From Escherichia coli (lineage in GTDB: Bacteria > Pseudomonadota > Gammaproteobacteria > Enterobacterales > Enterobacteriaceae), in the NCBI RefSeq assembly GCF_003334335.1, contig NZ_QOWQ01000030.1: a DNA stretch of 64,000 nucleotides; one strand, written 5' to 3'. Of the stretch, positions 43,203 to 54,087 are shown piece by piece (positions within the stretch are counted from its first letter, which is position 1; each line of letters starts with the position of its first letter). The notes beneath the pieces are model-generated. The model was not told the origin of the DNA. It saw nothing but the letters and a program-made list of their open reading frames with translations, and made no database searches. Position numbers and translations under genes: made by a program.

Positions 43203-43487
43203 ATGAGTAAATGTAGTGCTGATGAAACCCCGGTTTGCTGCTGTATGGATGTTGGCACCATTATGGACAACTCCGACTGCACCGCGTCTTACAGCCGCGT
43301 GTTTGCAAACCGCGCAGAAGCAGAGCAAACGCTGGCGGCGCTGACTGAAAAAGCCCGTAGCGTGGAATCTGAACCTTGCAAAATCACCCCGACTTTCACT
43401 GAAGAGTCTGACGGTGTGCGCCTGGATATCGATTTCACTTTTGCCTGCGAAGCTGAAATGCTGATTTTCCAGCTGGGTCTGCGTTAA
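43203..43487 (+). CDS. yfcZ: UPF0381-family small protein YfcZ
   Basis: ORF 43179..43487 trimmed to the ATG at 43203 (MSKCSADETPVCCCMDVGTIMDN...), 94 aa. Confidence 0.75.
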   Translation: MSKCSADETPVCCCMDVGTIMDNSDCTASYSRVFANRAEAEQTLAALTEKARSVESEPCKITPTFTEESDGVRLDIDFTFACEAEMLIFQLGLR

Positions 43488-43503
43488 TTCCTCTCGGGTA
43501 CGT

Positions 43504-43541
43504 ACGCCCCTGTCAGTTGCTGGCAGGGGCGTTTTCTTTTC
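43504..43541 (+). terminator. Rho-independent terminator after yfcZ
   Basis: acgcccctgtcag-ttgc-tggcaggggcgt stem-loop followed by ttttcttttc. Confidence 0.65.
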
Positions 43542-43623
43542 TCTTCTTCTTTTCTCTCTGTGTCATAGCTCCCACTTTCCCTTTTCTCCACTTGGCTAAA
43601 TGTAAAAAAATGGTTAAGACTAT

Positions 43624-43640
43624 GATCAGGTCAGACCACT
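43624..43640. promoter_or_regulatory. FadR operator upstream of fadIJ
   Basis: gatcaggtcagaccact contains the caggtc-a-gacc FadR-type core; ends 28 bp before the fadI ATG. Confidence 0.6.
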
Positions 43641-43667
43641 TTATTTATTTTTTTACAGGGGAGTGTT

Positions 43668-44978
43668 ATGGGTCAGGTTTTACCGCTGGTTACCCGCCAG
43701 GGCGATCGTATCGCCATTGTTAGCGGTTTACGTACGCCTTTTGCCCGTCAGGCGACGGCTTTTCATGGCATTCCCGCGGTTGATTTAGGGAAGATGGTGG
43801 TAGGCGAACTGCTGGCACGCAGCGAGATCCCCGCCGAAGTGATTGAACAACTGGTCTTTGGTCAGGTCGTACAAATGCCTGAAGCCCCCAACATTGCGCG
43901 TGAAATTGTTCTCGGTACGGGAATGAATGTACATACCGATGCTTACAGCGTCAGCCGCGCTTGCGCTACCAGTTTCCAGGCAGTTGCAAACGTCGCAGAA
44001 AGCCTGATGGCGGGAACTATTCGAGCGGGGATTGCCGGTGGGGCAGATTCCTCTTCGGTATTGCCAATTGGCGTCAGTAAAAAACTGGCGCGCGTGCTGG
44101 TTGATGTCAACAAAGCTCGTACCATGAGCCAGCGACTGAAACTCTTCTCTCGCCTGCGTTTGCGCGACTTAATGCCCGTACCACCTGCGGTAGCAGAATA
44201 TTCTACCGGCTTGCGGATGGGCGACACCGCAGAGCAAATGGCGAAAACCTACGGCATCACCCGAGAACAGCAAGATGCATTAGCGCACCGTTCGCATCAG
44301 CGTGCCGCTCAGGCATGGTCAGACGGAAAACTCAAAGAAGAGGTGATGACTGCCTTTATCCCTCCTTATAAACAACCGCTTGTCGAAGACAACAATATTC
44401 GCGGTAATTCCTCGCTTGCCGATTACGCAAAGCTGCGCCCGGCGTTTGATCGCAAACACGGAACGGTAACGGCGGCAAACAGTACGCCGCTGACCGATGG
44501 CGCGGCAGCGGTGATCCTGATGACTGAATCCCGGGCGAAAGAATTAGGGCTGGTGCCGCTGGGGTATCTGCGCAGCTACGCATTTACTGCGATTGATGTC
44601 TGGCAGGACATGTTGCTCGGTCCAGCCTGGTCAACACCGCTGGCGCTGGAGCGTGCCGGTTTGACGATGAGCGATCTGACATTGATCGATATGCACGAAG
44701 CCTTTGCAGCTCAGACGCTGGCGAATATTCAGTTGCTGGGTAGTGAACGTTTTGCTCGTGAAGCACTGGGGCGTGCACATGCCACTGGCGAAGTGGACGA
44801 TAGCAAATTTAACGTGCTTGGCGGTTCGATTGCTTACGGGCATCCCTTCGCGGCGACCGGCGCGCGGATGATTACCCAGACATTGCATGAACTTCGCCGT
44901 CGCGGCGGTGGATTTGGTTTAGTTACCGCCTGTGCTGCCGGTGGGCTTGGCGCGGCAATGGTTCTGGAGGCGGAATAA
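43668..44978 (+). CDS. fadI: 3-ketoacyl-CoA thiolase FadI (anaerobic beta-oxidation)
   Basis: 436-aa ORF; thiolase fold with an active-site cysteine region ([12 protein letters not shown]). Confidence 0.92.
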
Positions 44979-47122
44979 TGGAAATGACATCAGCGTTTAC
45001 CCTTAATGTTCGTCTGGACAACATTGCCGTTATCACCATCGACGTACCGGGTGAGAAAATGAATACCCTGAAGGCGGAGTTTGCCTCGCAGGTGCGCGCC
45101 ATTATTAAGCAACTCCGTGAAAACAAAGAGTTGCGAGGCGTGGTGTTTGTCTCCGCTAAACCGGACAACTTCATTGCTGGCGCAGACATCAACATGATCG
45201 GCAACTGCAAAACGGCGCAAGAAGCGGAAGCTCTGGCGCGGCAGGGCCAACAGTTGATGGCGGAGATTCATGCTTTGCCCATTCAGGTTATCGCGGCTAT
45301 TCATGGCGCTTGCCTGGGTGGTGGGCTGGAGTTGGCGCTGGCGTGCCACGGTCGCGTTTGTACTGACGATCCTAAAACGGTGCTCGGTTTGCCTGAAGTA
45401 CAACTTGGATTGTTACCCGGTTCAGGCGGCACCCAGCGTTTACCGCGTCTGATAGGCGTCAGCACAGCATTAGAGATGATCCTCACCGGAAAACAACTTC
45501 GGGCGAAACAGGCATTAAAGCTGGGGCTGGTGGATGACGTTGTTCCGCACTCCATTCTGCTGGAAGCCGCTGTTGAGCTGGCAAAGAAGGAGCGCCCATC
45601 TTCCCGCCCTCTACCTGTACGCGAGCGTATTCTGGCGGGGCCGTTAGGTCGTGCGCTGCTGTTCAAAATGGTCGGCAAGAAAACAGAACACAAAACTCAA
45701 GGCAATTATCCGGCGACAGAACGCATCCTGGAGGTTGTTGAAACGGGATTAGCGCAGGGCACCAGCAGCGGTTATGACGCCGAAGCTCGGGCGTTTGGCG
45801 AACTGGCGATGACGCCACAATCGCAGGCGCTGCGTAGTATCTTTTTTGCCAGTACGGACGTGAAGAAAGATCCCGGCAGTGATGCGCCGCCTGCGCCATT
45901 AAACAGCGTGGGGATTTTAGGTGGTGGCTTGATGGGCGGCGGTATTGCTTATGTCACTGCTTGTAAAGCGGGGATTCCGGTCAGAATTAAAGATATCAAC
46001 CCGCAGGGCATAAATCATGCGCTGAAGTACAGTTGGGATCAGCTGGAGGGCAAAGTTCGCCGTCGTCATCTCAAAGCCAGCGAACGTGACAAACAGCTGG
46101 CATTAATCTCCGGAACGACGGACTATCGCGGCTTTGCCCATCGCGATCTGATTATTGAAGCGGTGTTTGAAAATCTCGAATTGAAACAACAGATGGTGGC
46201 GGAAGTTGAGCAAAATTGCGCCGCTCATACCATCTTTGCTTCGAATACGTCATCTTTACCGATTGGTGATATCGCCGCTCACGCCACGCGACCTGAGCAA
46301 GTTATCGGCCTGCATTTCTTCAGTCCGGTGGAAAAAATGCCGCTGGTGGAGATTATTCCTCATGCGGGGACATCGGCGCAAACCATCGCTACCACAGTAA
46401 AACTGGCGAAAAAACAGGGTAAAACGCCAATTGTCGTGCGTGACAAAGCCGGTTTTTACGTCAATCGCATCTTAGCGCCTTACATTAATGAAGCTATCCG
46501 CATGTTGACCCAAGGTGAACGGGTAGAGCACATTGATGCCGCGCTAGTGAAATTTGGTTTTCCGGTAGGCCCAATCCAACTTTTGGATGAGGTAGGAATC
46601 GACACCGGGACTAAAATTATTCCTGTACTGGAAGCCGCTTATGGAGAACGTTTTAGCGCGCCTGCAAATGTTGTTTCTTCAATTTTGAACGACGATCGCA
46701 AAGGCAGAAAAAATGGCCGGGGTTTCTATCTTTATGGTCAGAAAGGGCGTAAAAGCAAAAAACAGGTCGATCCCGCCATTTACCCGCTGATTGGCACACA
46801 AGGGCAGGGGCGAATCTCCGCACCGCAGGTTGCTGAACGGTGTGTGATGTTGATGCTGAATGAAGCAGTACGTTGTGTTGATGAGCAGGTTATCCGTAGC
46901 GTGCGTGACGGGGATATTGGCGCGGTATTTGGCATTGGTTTTCCGCCATTTCTCGGTGGACCGTTCCGCTATATCGATTCTCTCGGCGCGGGCGAAGTGG
47001 TTGCAATAATGCAACGACTTGCCACGCAGTATGGTTCCCGTTTTACCCCTTGCGAGCGTTTGGTCGAGATGGGCGCGCGTGGGGAAAGTTTTTGGAAAAC
47101 AACTGCAACTGACCTGCAATAA
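44978..47122 (+). CDS. fadJ: Fatty-acid oxidation complex alpha subunit FadJ (enoyl-CoA hydratase / 3-hydroxyacyl-CoA dehydrogenase)
   Basis: 714-aa ORF with an N-terminal crotonase domain and C-terminal NAD-binding 3-HCDH domains; start overlaps the fadI stop. Confidence 0.92.
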
Positions 47123-47324
47123 GAAGGTCAAAGCTATATGAATCCGCGCTGAATGGCGGAGTGTTGGTCAAAATGTAAACGCATATTGACTATACTTACG
47201 CCATTGAGGTAAAAAACAGCGTTTCATTCGGTGAATGGATAAGGCACAATGCCGGCCACCGTTTTCTTTCTCTGGTTTCAGATGAAAGAAAACGGGCGAA
47301 TCTGGTTAACAAAAGCGGTGCAAT

Positions 47325-47810
47325 ATGCAAGTTTTTATCATGCGTCACGGCGACGCAGCCCTCGATGCCGCCAGTGATTCCGTTCGTCCTCTGACCACTA
47401 ATGGTTGTGACGAATCTCGCCTGATGGCGAACTGGCTGAAAGGTCAAAAAGTGGAAATCGAACGCGTTCTGGTGAGCCCGTTCCTGCGAGCCGAGCAAAC
47501 ACTGGAAGAAGTAGGGGATTGTCTGAACCTGCCTTCCAGTGCAGAAGTTCTGCCGGAGTTAACGCCCTGCGGCGATGTTGGTCTGGTCAGTGCCTATTTG
47601 CAGGCGTTGACCAATGAAGGTGTTGCTTCGGTACTGGTGATCTCTCACTTACCGTTAGTCGGGTATCTGGTTGCCGAGTTATGTCCGGGCGAAACGCCGC
47701 CTATGTTTACCACCTCGGCCATTGCCAGCGTAACGCTTGATGAAAGCGGAAACGGCACATTCAACTGGCAGATGAGCCCGTGTAATCTGAAGATGGCAAA
47801 AGCTATCTGA
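47325..47810 (+). CDS. sixA: Phosphohistidine phosphatase SixA
   Basis: 161-aa ORF; N-terminus MQVFIMRHGDA carries the RHG motif of the histidine phosphatase superfamily. Confidence 0.9.
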   Translation: MQVFIMRHGDAALDAASDSVRPLTTNGCDESRLMANWLKGQKVEIERVLVSPFLRAEQTLEEVGDCLNLPSSAEVLPELTPCGDVGLVSAYLQALTNEGVASVLVISHLPLVGYLVAELCPGETPPMFTTSAIASVTLDESGNGTFNWQMSPCNLKMAKAI

Positions 47811-47822
47811 TGAGTTCCAAAT

Positions 47823-47854
47823 TATGCCCAATGAGGTAGATTCATTGGGCATAA
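47823..47854 (+). terminator. Hairpin immediately downstream of sixA (putative terminator, no clear T run)
   Basis: ttatgcccaatga-ggtagat-tcattgggcataa: perfect 13-bp stem. Confidence 0.45.
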
Positions 47855-48490
47855 TTGCTCATCAGGCAGCGGATATCTGTCAACCTCACTACTATCGAAG
47901 ACTCTCCCCATCTATAAATAAAACACCTTTAACTTTCATTCGGAAAGTATTCTTCTGCGCGTATCTTGATTTTGCCCAAAGTTACATGTTGAAATGAATA
48001 ATGTCTGTTTGACACTCATTATCATTTATTAATACAGATAATGGAGAAAATAGAGTTGAATAATCAGGCAGGACGTAATTGAAACTTGATTAAATTCTGG
48101 CTATAGTGTTTATATATTATATCGACAAAAGCGGGTTAATGCCAATCGCATTATATGTTCATTGTTTGTTTTTTAAGCTATTGGCATTCATTGTTGATAT
48201 GCTTCCTGTTTTTTCTAAATATATATTTCGTGTTTTTTTAGAAGATCCTTAAGATAATCTTTCCCCTATCAATATATTAATTAAATCTACATTTACTCAT
48301 TAGTAAAATTAAATTGAATCAGGGGAGTGAAAACATCACTATTCGACCCCACACCAACGAATACATTTTTTACGACCTGTTTTTTTGGATCGCATGCCGT
48401 ATTCAATGGCTGGGTATAAACATTGGCTATTGACTGAATCAATGTATTGCAATGTTTATATTTTAATTATTTATAGTTTAAGGACAAATA

Positions 48491-49054
48491 ATGAGTAAGT
48501 TTGTTAAAACAGCTATTGCTGCGGCAATGGTGATGGGCGCGTTCACCTCTACGGCAACAATCGCTGCGGGTAACAACGGTACTGCACGTTTTTACGGCAC
48601 CATTGAAGACTCAGTGTGTTCTATCGTTCCGGACGATCACAAACTGGAAGTTGATATGGGTGATATCGGTGCCGAAAAACTGAAAAATAACGGCACCACC
48701 ACGCCGAAAAATTTCCAGATTCGCCTGCAAGATTGCGTATTTGATACTCAGGAAACAATGACCACTACCTTTACTGGTACCGTTTCTTCTGCAAATAGCG
48801 GCAATTATTACACCATTTTCAATACCGATACCGGTGCGGCATTTAACAATGTTAGCCTGGCGATCGGTGACTCTCTGGGTACCTCTTACAAAAGCGGCAT
48901 GGGTATTGACCAGAAAATCGTGAAAGATACTGCCACTAATAAAGGCAAAGCGAAGCAGACTCTGAACTTTAAAGCCTGGCTGGTCGGCGCAGCTGATGCG
49001 CCAGATCTGGGTAATTTCGAAGCAAATACCACCTTCCAGATTACTTACCTGTAA
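48491..49054 (+). CDS. yfcV: Fimbrial major subunit YfcV (chaperone-usher pilin)
   Basis: 187-aa ORF with a signal peptide and a C-terminal beta-strand motif (TTFQITYL) typical of fimbrial subunits; first gene after a 630-bp AT-rich region. Confidence 0.85.
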   Translation: MSKFVKTAIAAAMVMGAFTSTATIAAGNNGTARFYGTIEDSVCSIVPDDHKLEVDMGDIGAEKLKNNGTTTPKNFQIRLQDCVFDTQETMTTTFTGTVSSANSGNYYTIFNTDTGAAFNNVSLAIGDSLGTSYKSGMGIDQKIVKDTATNKGKAKQTLNFKAWLVGAADAPDLGNFEANTTFQITYL

Positions 49055-49059
49055 GGCAT

Positions 49060-49091
49060 ACCCCCATAGCGACACTGCTATGGGGTATTTA
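49060..49091 (+). terminator. Stem-loop after the major pilin gene (attenuator-like)
   Basis: acccccatagc-gacact-gctatggggt hairpin followed by attt; such hairpins commonly follow fimbrial major subunit genes. Confidence 0.5.
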
Positions 49092-49135
49092 AATGGATTT
49101 TGACCGAACAAGAATAAAAACGGATAAAAACGTGT

Positions 49136-51781
49136 ATGCCTGACCATTCTCTTTTTCGATTACGGATTCTTCCGTGGTGCATTGCGCTGGCAATGTCAGG
49201 GAGTTATAGCAGTGTCTGGGCTGAAGACGACATTCAGTTTGATTCCCGTTTTCTGGAATTAAAAGGCGACACAAAAATTGATCTGAAGCGTTTTTCCAGC
49301 CAGGGGTATGTTGAGCCCGGAAAATACAATTTACAGGTTCAACTAAATAAACAGCCATTGGCGGAAGAGTACGATATTTACTGGTATGCTGGTGAAGATG
49401 ACGTTAGCAAAAGCTATGCTTGTCTGACACCGGAACTGGTGGCGCAGTTTGGTTTAAAAGAAGACGTGGCGAAAAATCTGCAATGGAGCCACGATGGTAA
49501 ATGCCTGAAGCCCGGTCAACTGGAAGGCGTGGAAATTAAGGCTGATTTAAGCCAGTCCGCATTAGTCATTTCACTACCGCAGGCTTACCTCGAATATACC
49601 TGGCCCGACTGGGATCCACCTTCTCGTTGGGATGATGGCATCTCCGGGATCATTGCGGACTACAGCATCACTGCGCAAACACGACACGAAGAAAATGGCG
49701 GCGATGACAGTAACGAGATCAGCGGCAACGGGACGGTCGGGGTTAACCTGGGGCCATGGCGTATGCGCGCTGACTGGCAGACCAACTATCAACATACGCG
49801 CAGTAATGATGATGACGATGAATTTGGCGGCGATGACACACAAAAAAAATGGGAGTGGAGTCGCTATTATGCCTGGCGGGCGTTACCGTCATTAAAAGCC
49901 AAACTGGCGCTGGGCGAAGATTACCTCAATTCCGATATTTTCGACGGTTTTAATTATGTTGGTGGCAGTGTCAGCACTGACGATCAAATGTTGCCTCCCA
50001 ATCTGCGCGGCTACGCGCCAGACATTTCCGGCGTGGCACACACCACAGCAAAAGTGACCGTCAGCCAGATGGGGCGTGTGATTTACGAAACGCAGGTTCC
50101 GGCTGGACCGTTTCGTATTCAGGATCTTGGTGATTCCGTCTCCGGTACGTTGCATATTCGCATTGAAGAACAGAACGGCCAGGTGCAGGAATATGACATC
50201 AGCACCGCCTCGATGCCATACCTCACTCGCCTAGGCCAGGTTCGCTATAAGATCATGATGGGACGTCCGCAAGAGTGGGGCCACCATGTCGAGGGGGGAT
50301 TTTTCTCTGGTGCTGAAGCCTCCTGGGGCATCGCTAACGGCTGGTCGTTATATGGCGGTGCGCTGGGTGATGAAAACTATCAGTCTGCGGCGCTGGGCGT
50401 CGGTCGCGATTTGTCTACCTTCGGCGCGGTCGCGTTTGATGTTACTCATTCGCATACCAAACTGGATAAAGACACCGCTTATGGCAAAGGTTCGCTGGAC
50501 GGTAACTCCTTCCGTGTGAGTTATTCCAAAGACTTTGACCAGCTCAACAGCCGCGTCACTTTCGCTGGATATCGCTTCTCGGAAGAGAACTTTATGACCA
50601 TGAGCGAGTATCTGGATGCCAGTGACAGCGAAATGGTCCGTACGGGCAACGACAAAGAGATGTACACCGCCACTTATAACCAGAACTTCCGCGATGCGGG
50701 TGTTTCGGTTTATCTCAACTATACCCGCCATACCTACTGGGATCGTGAGGAGCAGACAAACTACAACATCATGCTCTCCCACTATTTCAATATGGGCAGC
50801 ATTCGTAATATGAGCGTTTCCCTGACTGGCTACCGCTACGAGTATGACAACCGGGCGGATAAGGGCATGTACATTTCGCTCAGTATGCCGTGGGGCGACA
50901 ACAGTACCGTTAGCTATAACGGCAACTATGGCAGTGGGACGGACAGCAGCCAGGTCGGTTATTTTAGCCGTGTCGATGACGCGACTCACTATCAGTTGAA
51001 CATCGGCACCAGTGACAAACACACCAGCGTTGATGGCTACTACAGCCATGATGGTTCGCTGGCGCAGGTTGACCTCAGTGCGAACTACCATGAAGGGCAA
51101 TACACCTCTGCGGGCTTGTCGTTACAGGGCGGCGCAACGCTTACTACCCACGGCGGCGCACTTCACCGTACCCAGAATATGGGCGGGACACGCCTGCTGA
51201 TTGATGCCGATGGCGTTGCCGATGTTCCGGTGGAAGGTAACGGGGCTGCTGTTTATACCAATATGTTTGGTAAAGCCGTCGTTTCTGACGTTAACAATTA
51301 TTATCGCAATCAGGCGTATATCGACCTCAACAAATTGCCGGAAAACGCCGAAGCAACCCAGTCGGTGGTGCAAGCCACGCTAACTGAAGGAGCCATTGGC
51401 TACCGCAAATTTGCCGTCATCAGTGGTCAAAAAGCGATGGCGGTGCTGCGTTTACAAGATGGCAGCCATCCACCGTTTGGCGCAGAAGTAAAAAATGATA
51501 ACGAGCAGACAGTGGGCCTTGTCGATGATGACGGTAGTGTCTATCTGGCTGGGGTGAAACCTGGCGAACATATGAGTGTGTTCTGGAGTGGTGTTGCGCA
51601 TTGCGATATCAACCTGCCGGACCCGCTGCCTGCCGATCTGTTTAACGGCTTGTTACTGCCATGCCAGCATAAAGGCAACGTCGCGCCGGTTGTTCCTGAT
51701 GACATAAAGCCTGTCATTCAGGAGCAGACGCAACAGGTGACACCCACCGATCCCCCTGTTTCTGTTTCAGCTAACCAATAA
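49136..51781 (+). CDS. yfcU: Fimbrial outer-membrane usher (YfcU-type), intact full-length frame
   Basis: 881-aa uninterrupted ORF with a signal peptide; length and composition typical of FimD/PapC ushers, including a C-terminal Cys pair region. Confidence 0.85.
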   Translation: MPDHSLFRLRILPWCIALAMSGSYSSVWAEDDIQFDSRFLELKGDTKIDLKRFSSQGYVEPGKYNLQVQLNKQPLAEEYDIYWYAGEDDVSKSYACLTPELVAQFGLKEDVAKNLQWSHDGKCLKPGQLEGVEIKADLSQSALVISLPQAYLEYTWPDWDPPSRWDDGISGIIADYSITAQTRHEENGGDDSNEISGNGTVGVNLGPWRMRADWQTNYQHTRSNDDDDEFGGDDTQKKWEWSRYYAWRALPSLKAKLALGEDYLNSDIFDGFNYVGGSVSTDDQMLPPNLRGYAPDISGVAHTTAKVTVSQMGRVIYETQVPAGPFRIQDLGDSVSGTLHIRIEEQNGQVQEYDISTASMPYLTRLGQVRYKIMMGRPQEWGHHVEGGFFSGAEASWGIANGWSLYGGALGDENYQSAALGVGRDLSTFGAVAFDVTHSHTKLDKDTAYGKGSLDGNSFRVSYSKDFDQLNSRVTFAGYRFSEENFMTMSEYLDASDSEMVRTGNDKEMYTATYNQNFRDAGVSVYLNYTRHTYWDREEQTNYNIMLSHYFNMGSIRNMSVSLTGYRYEYDNRADKGMYISLSMPWGDNSTVSYNGNYGSGTDSSQVGYFSRVDDATHYQLNIGTSDKHTSVDGYYSHDGSLAQVDLSANYHEGQYTSAGLSLQGGATLTTHGGALHRTQNMGGTRLLIDADGVADVPVEGNGAAVYTNMFGKAVVSDVNNYYRNQAYIDLNKLPENAEATQSVVQATLTEGAIGYRKFAVISGQKAMAVLRLQDGSHPPFGAEVKNDNEQTVGLVDDDGSVYLAGVKPGEHMSVFWSGVAHCDINLPDPLPADLFNGLLLPCQHKGNVAPVVPDDIKPVIQEQTQQVTPTDPPVSVSANQ

Positions 51782-51800
51782 CGTGATTAAGGAATGATCC

Positions 51801-52553
51801 ATGTCTGATTTACTTTGCTCTGCCAAATTGGGTGCTATGACGCTGGCGTTACTGCTTAGCGCTACCAGTTTGTCTGCCCTGGCGTCTGTAACGCCAGATC
51901 GTACCCGTTTGATATTTAATGAAAGCGACAAATCAATCAGCGTGACGCTGCGTAATAACGATCCGAAACTCCCTTATCTGGCTCAAAGCTGGATTGAAGA
52001 TGAAAAGGGTAACAAGATCACCTCGCCGTTAACTGTGCTGCCGCCAGTGCAACGCATCGATTCAATGATGAACGGGCAGGTAAAAGTGCAGGGAATGCCG
52101 GATATCAACAAATTGCCAGCCGATCGTGAAAGCATGTTCTACTTTAACGTGCGCGAGATCCCGCCAAAATCAAACAAACCCAATACCCTGCAAATCGCGC
52201 TGCAAACGCGTATCAAGTTGTTCTGGCGACCAAAGGCGCTGGAAAAGGTCAGTATGAAAAGTCCGTGGCAGCACAAGGTGACGCTCACCCGCAGCGGTCA
52301 GGCATTTACCGTCAATAACCCAACGCCGTACTACGTGATTATCAGCAACGCCAGTGCGCAGAAAAACGGTAATCCAGCTGCAGGGTTCTCGCCTCTGGTC
52401 ATTGAGCCGAAAACCACGGTACCGCTGAATGTGAAAATGGATAGCGTACCGGTGCTGACTTACGTCAACGACTTTGGCGCACGGATGCCGCTGTTCTTCC
52501 AGTGCAATGGCAACAGCTGCCAGGTGGATGAAGAGCAGAGCCGCAAAGGCTGA
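51801..52553 (+). CDS. yfcS: Periplasmic fimbrial chaperone YfcS (PapD-like)
   Basis: 250-aa ORF with a signal peptide and two-domain chaperone length. Confidence 0.85.
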   Translation: MSDLLCSAKLGAMTLALLLSATSLSALASVTPDRTRLIFNESDKSISVTLRNNDPKLPYLAQSWIEDEKGNKITSPLTVLPPVQRIDSMMNGQVKVQGMPDINKLPADRESMFYFNVREIPPKSNKPNTLQIALQTRIKLFWRPKALEKVSMKSPWQHKVTLTRSGQAFTVNNPTPYYVIISNASAQKNGNPAAGFSPLVIEPKTTVPLNVKMDSVPVLTYVNDFGARMPLFFQCNGNSCQVDEEQSRKG

Positions 52554-53065
52554 TGACGGGGGGAGTTATGAGTCAAAAGTTTGTAGTGGGCGCAGGGCTG
52601 CTGGTATGCAGTGTCTGTAGTTTATCTGCTATGGCTGGTAGTAAACCCGTGGATTTAATTCTGCGCGTGTTGGTCGATGCTCCGCCACCCTGTTCAATCA
52701 AGGGCAGCCAGGTAGAGTTCGGCAATATGATTGCTGATAACGTTGATGGCACCAATTATCGGCAAGATGCGAAATACACGTTGAACTGCACAAACAGTCT
52801 TGCTAACGACTTGCGGATGCAACTTAAGGGCAATACCTCAACGATTAACGGCGAAACGGTACTCAGTACCAATATCACCGGGCTGGGCATTCGGATAGAA
52901 AATAGCGCCGATAACTCATTGTTTGCCGTCGGTGAAAATAGCTGGACGCCATTTAATATCAATAACCAGCCACAGTTGAAGGCTGTACCTGTGAAGGCAA
53001 GCGGGGCGCAACTTGCTGCGGGCGAGTTTAACGCCAGTTTGACCATGGTGGTGGACTATCAATGA
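52553..53065 (+). CDS. yfcR: Fimbrial minor subunit YfcR
   Basis: 170-aa ORF overlapping the yfcS stop (TGATG); an alternative ATG at 52568 with a GGGGGAG Shine-Dalgarno is possible; signal peptide and pilin-like C-terminus. Confidence 0.75.
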   Translation: MTGGVMSQKFVVGAGLLVCSVCSLSAMAGSKPVDLILRVLVDAPPPCSIKGSQVEFGNMIADNVDGTNYRQDAKYTLNCTNSLANDLRMQLKGNTSTINGETVLSTNITGLGIRIENSADNSLFAVGENSWTPFNINNQPQLKAVPVKASGAQLAAGEFNASLTMVVDYQ

Positions 53066-53550
53066 GAAAGACTTTCTTAACCCTGCTTTGTGTCAGTAGC
53101 GCCATAGCTCATGCTGCTGATGAAGACATCACCTTTCACGGGACATTATTGTCACCGCCAACCTGTAGCATCAGCGGTGGTAAAACCATTGAAGTCGAAT
53201 TTCGCGATCTCATTATCGACGACATCAACGGCAACTATGGTCGTAAAGAGGTGCCATATGAACTCACTTGTGACTCGACGACCCGTCATCCAGATTGGGA
53301 GATGACCCTCACCTGGACTGGTACACAAACCAGTTTTAATGATGCAGCAATTGAAACTGATGTACCCGGTTTTGGTATCGAGCTTCAGCACGATGGTCAG
53401 CGTTTTAAACTCAATACTCCGCTTGCTATCAACGCCACTGATTTTACGCAAAAGCCGAAGCTGGAGGCCGTACCGGTAAAAGCGAGTGATGCTGTGTTAA
53501 GCGATACGAATTTTTCGGCTTACGCAACATTACGGGTGGATTATCAATGA
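53062..53550 (+). CDS. yfcQ: Fimbrial minor subunit YfcQ
   Basis: 162-aa ORF with a signal peptide; C-terminal ATLRVDYQ strand motif. Confidence 0.78.
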   Translation: MRKTFLTLLCVSSAIAHAADEDITFHGTLLSPPTCSISGGKTIEVEFRDLIIDDINGNYGRKEVPYELTCDSTTRHPDWEMTLTWTGTQTSFNDAAIETDVPGFGIELQHDGQRFKLNTPLAINATDFTQKPKLEAVPVKASDAVLSDTNFSAYATLRVDYQ

Positions 53551-54086
53551 ATAAATCAATGATTCAGTCCGGTGGTTACGTCCTGTTAGCGGGGCTGATA
53601 TTGGCAATGAGTAGCACGTTATTCGCGGCAGATAATAATCTGCATTTCTCCGGTAATTTATTAAGTAAATCCTGTGCGCTGGTGGTGGATGGCCAATATC
53701 TGGCAGAGGTGCGCTTTCCCACGGTCAGTCGTCAGGATTTGAACGTTGCAGGCCAGTCCGCTCGTGTACCCGTAGTCTTTAAGCTGAAAGATTGCAAAGG
53801 GCCGGCGGGATACAACGTAAAAGTCACGCTCACGGGGGTAGAAGACAGCGAACAACCCGGTTTTCTGGCACTGGATACGTCATCAACCGCTCAGGGAGTG
53901 GGAATTGGCATGGAAAAAACCGACGGAATGCAGGTTGCCATCAACAATACAAATAGGGCGACCTTTGCGCTAACCAATGGCAATAACGATATCAATTTCA
54001 GAGCCTGGCTACAGGCGAAAAGCGGCCGTGATGTGACGATCGGTGAATTTACCGCCTCTTTAACTGCGACATTTGAGTATATTTAA
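53547..54086 (+). CDS. yfcP: Fimbrial minor subunit YfcP
   Basis: 179-aa ORF with a signal peptide; pilin-like C-terminus (LTATFEYI). Confidence 0.78.
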   Translation: MNKSMIQSGGYVLLAGLILAMSSTLFAADNNLHFSGNLLSKSCALVVDGQYLAEVRFPTVSRQDLNVAGQSARVPVVFKLKDCKGPAGYNVKVTLTGVEDSEQPGFLALDTSSTAQGVGIGMEKTDGMQVAINNTNRATFALTNGNNDINFRAWLQAKSGRDVTIGEFTASLTATFEYI

Positions 54087-54087
54087 A

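Noticed and set aside
50348-51100. 250-aa minus-strand ORF inside the fimbrial usher gene
   Set aside because: Antisense to the 881-aa usher frame; hydrophobic mirror-frame product with no start context.
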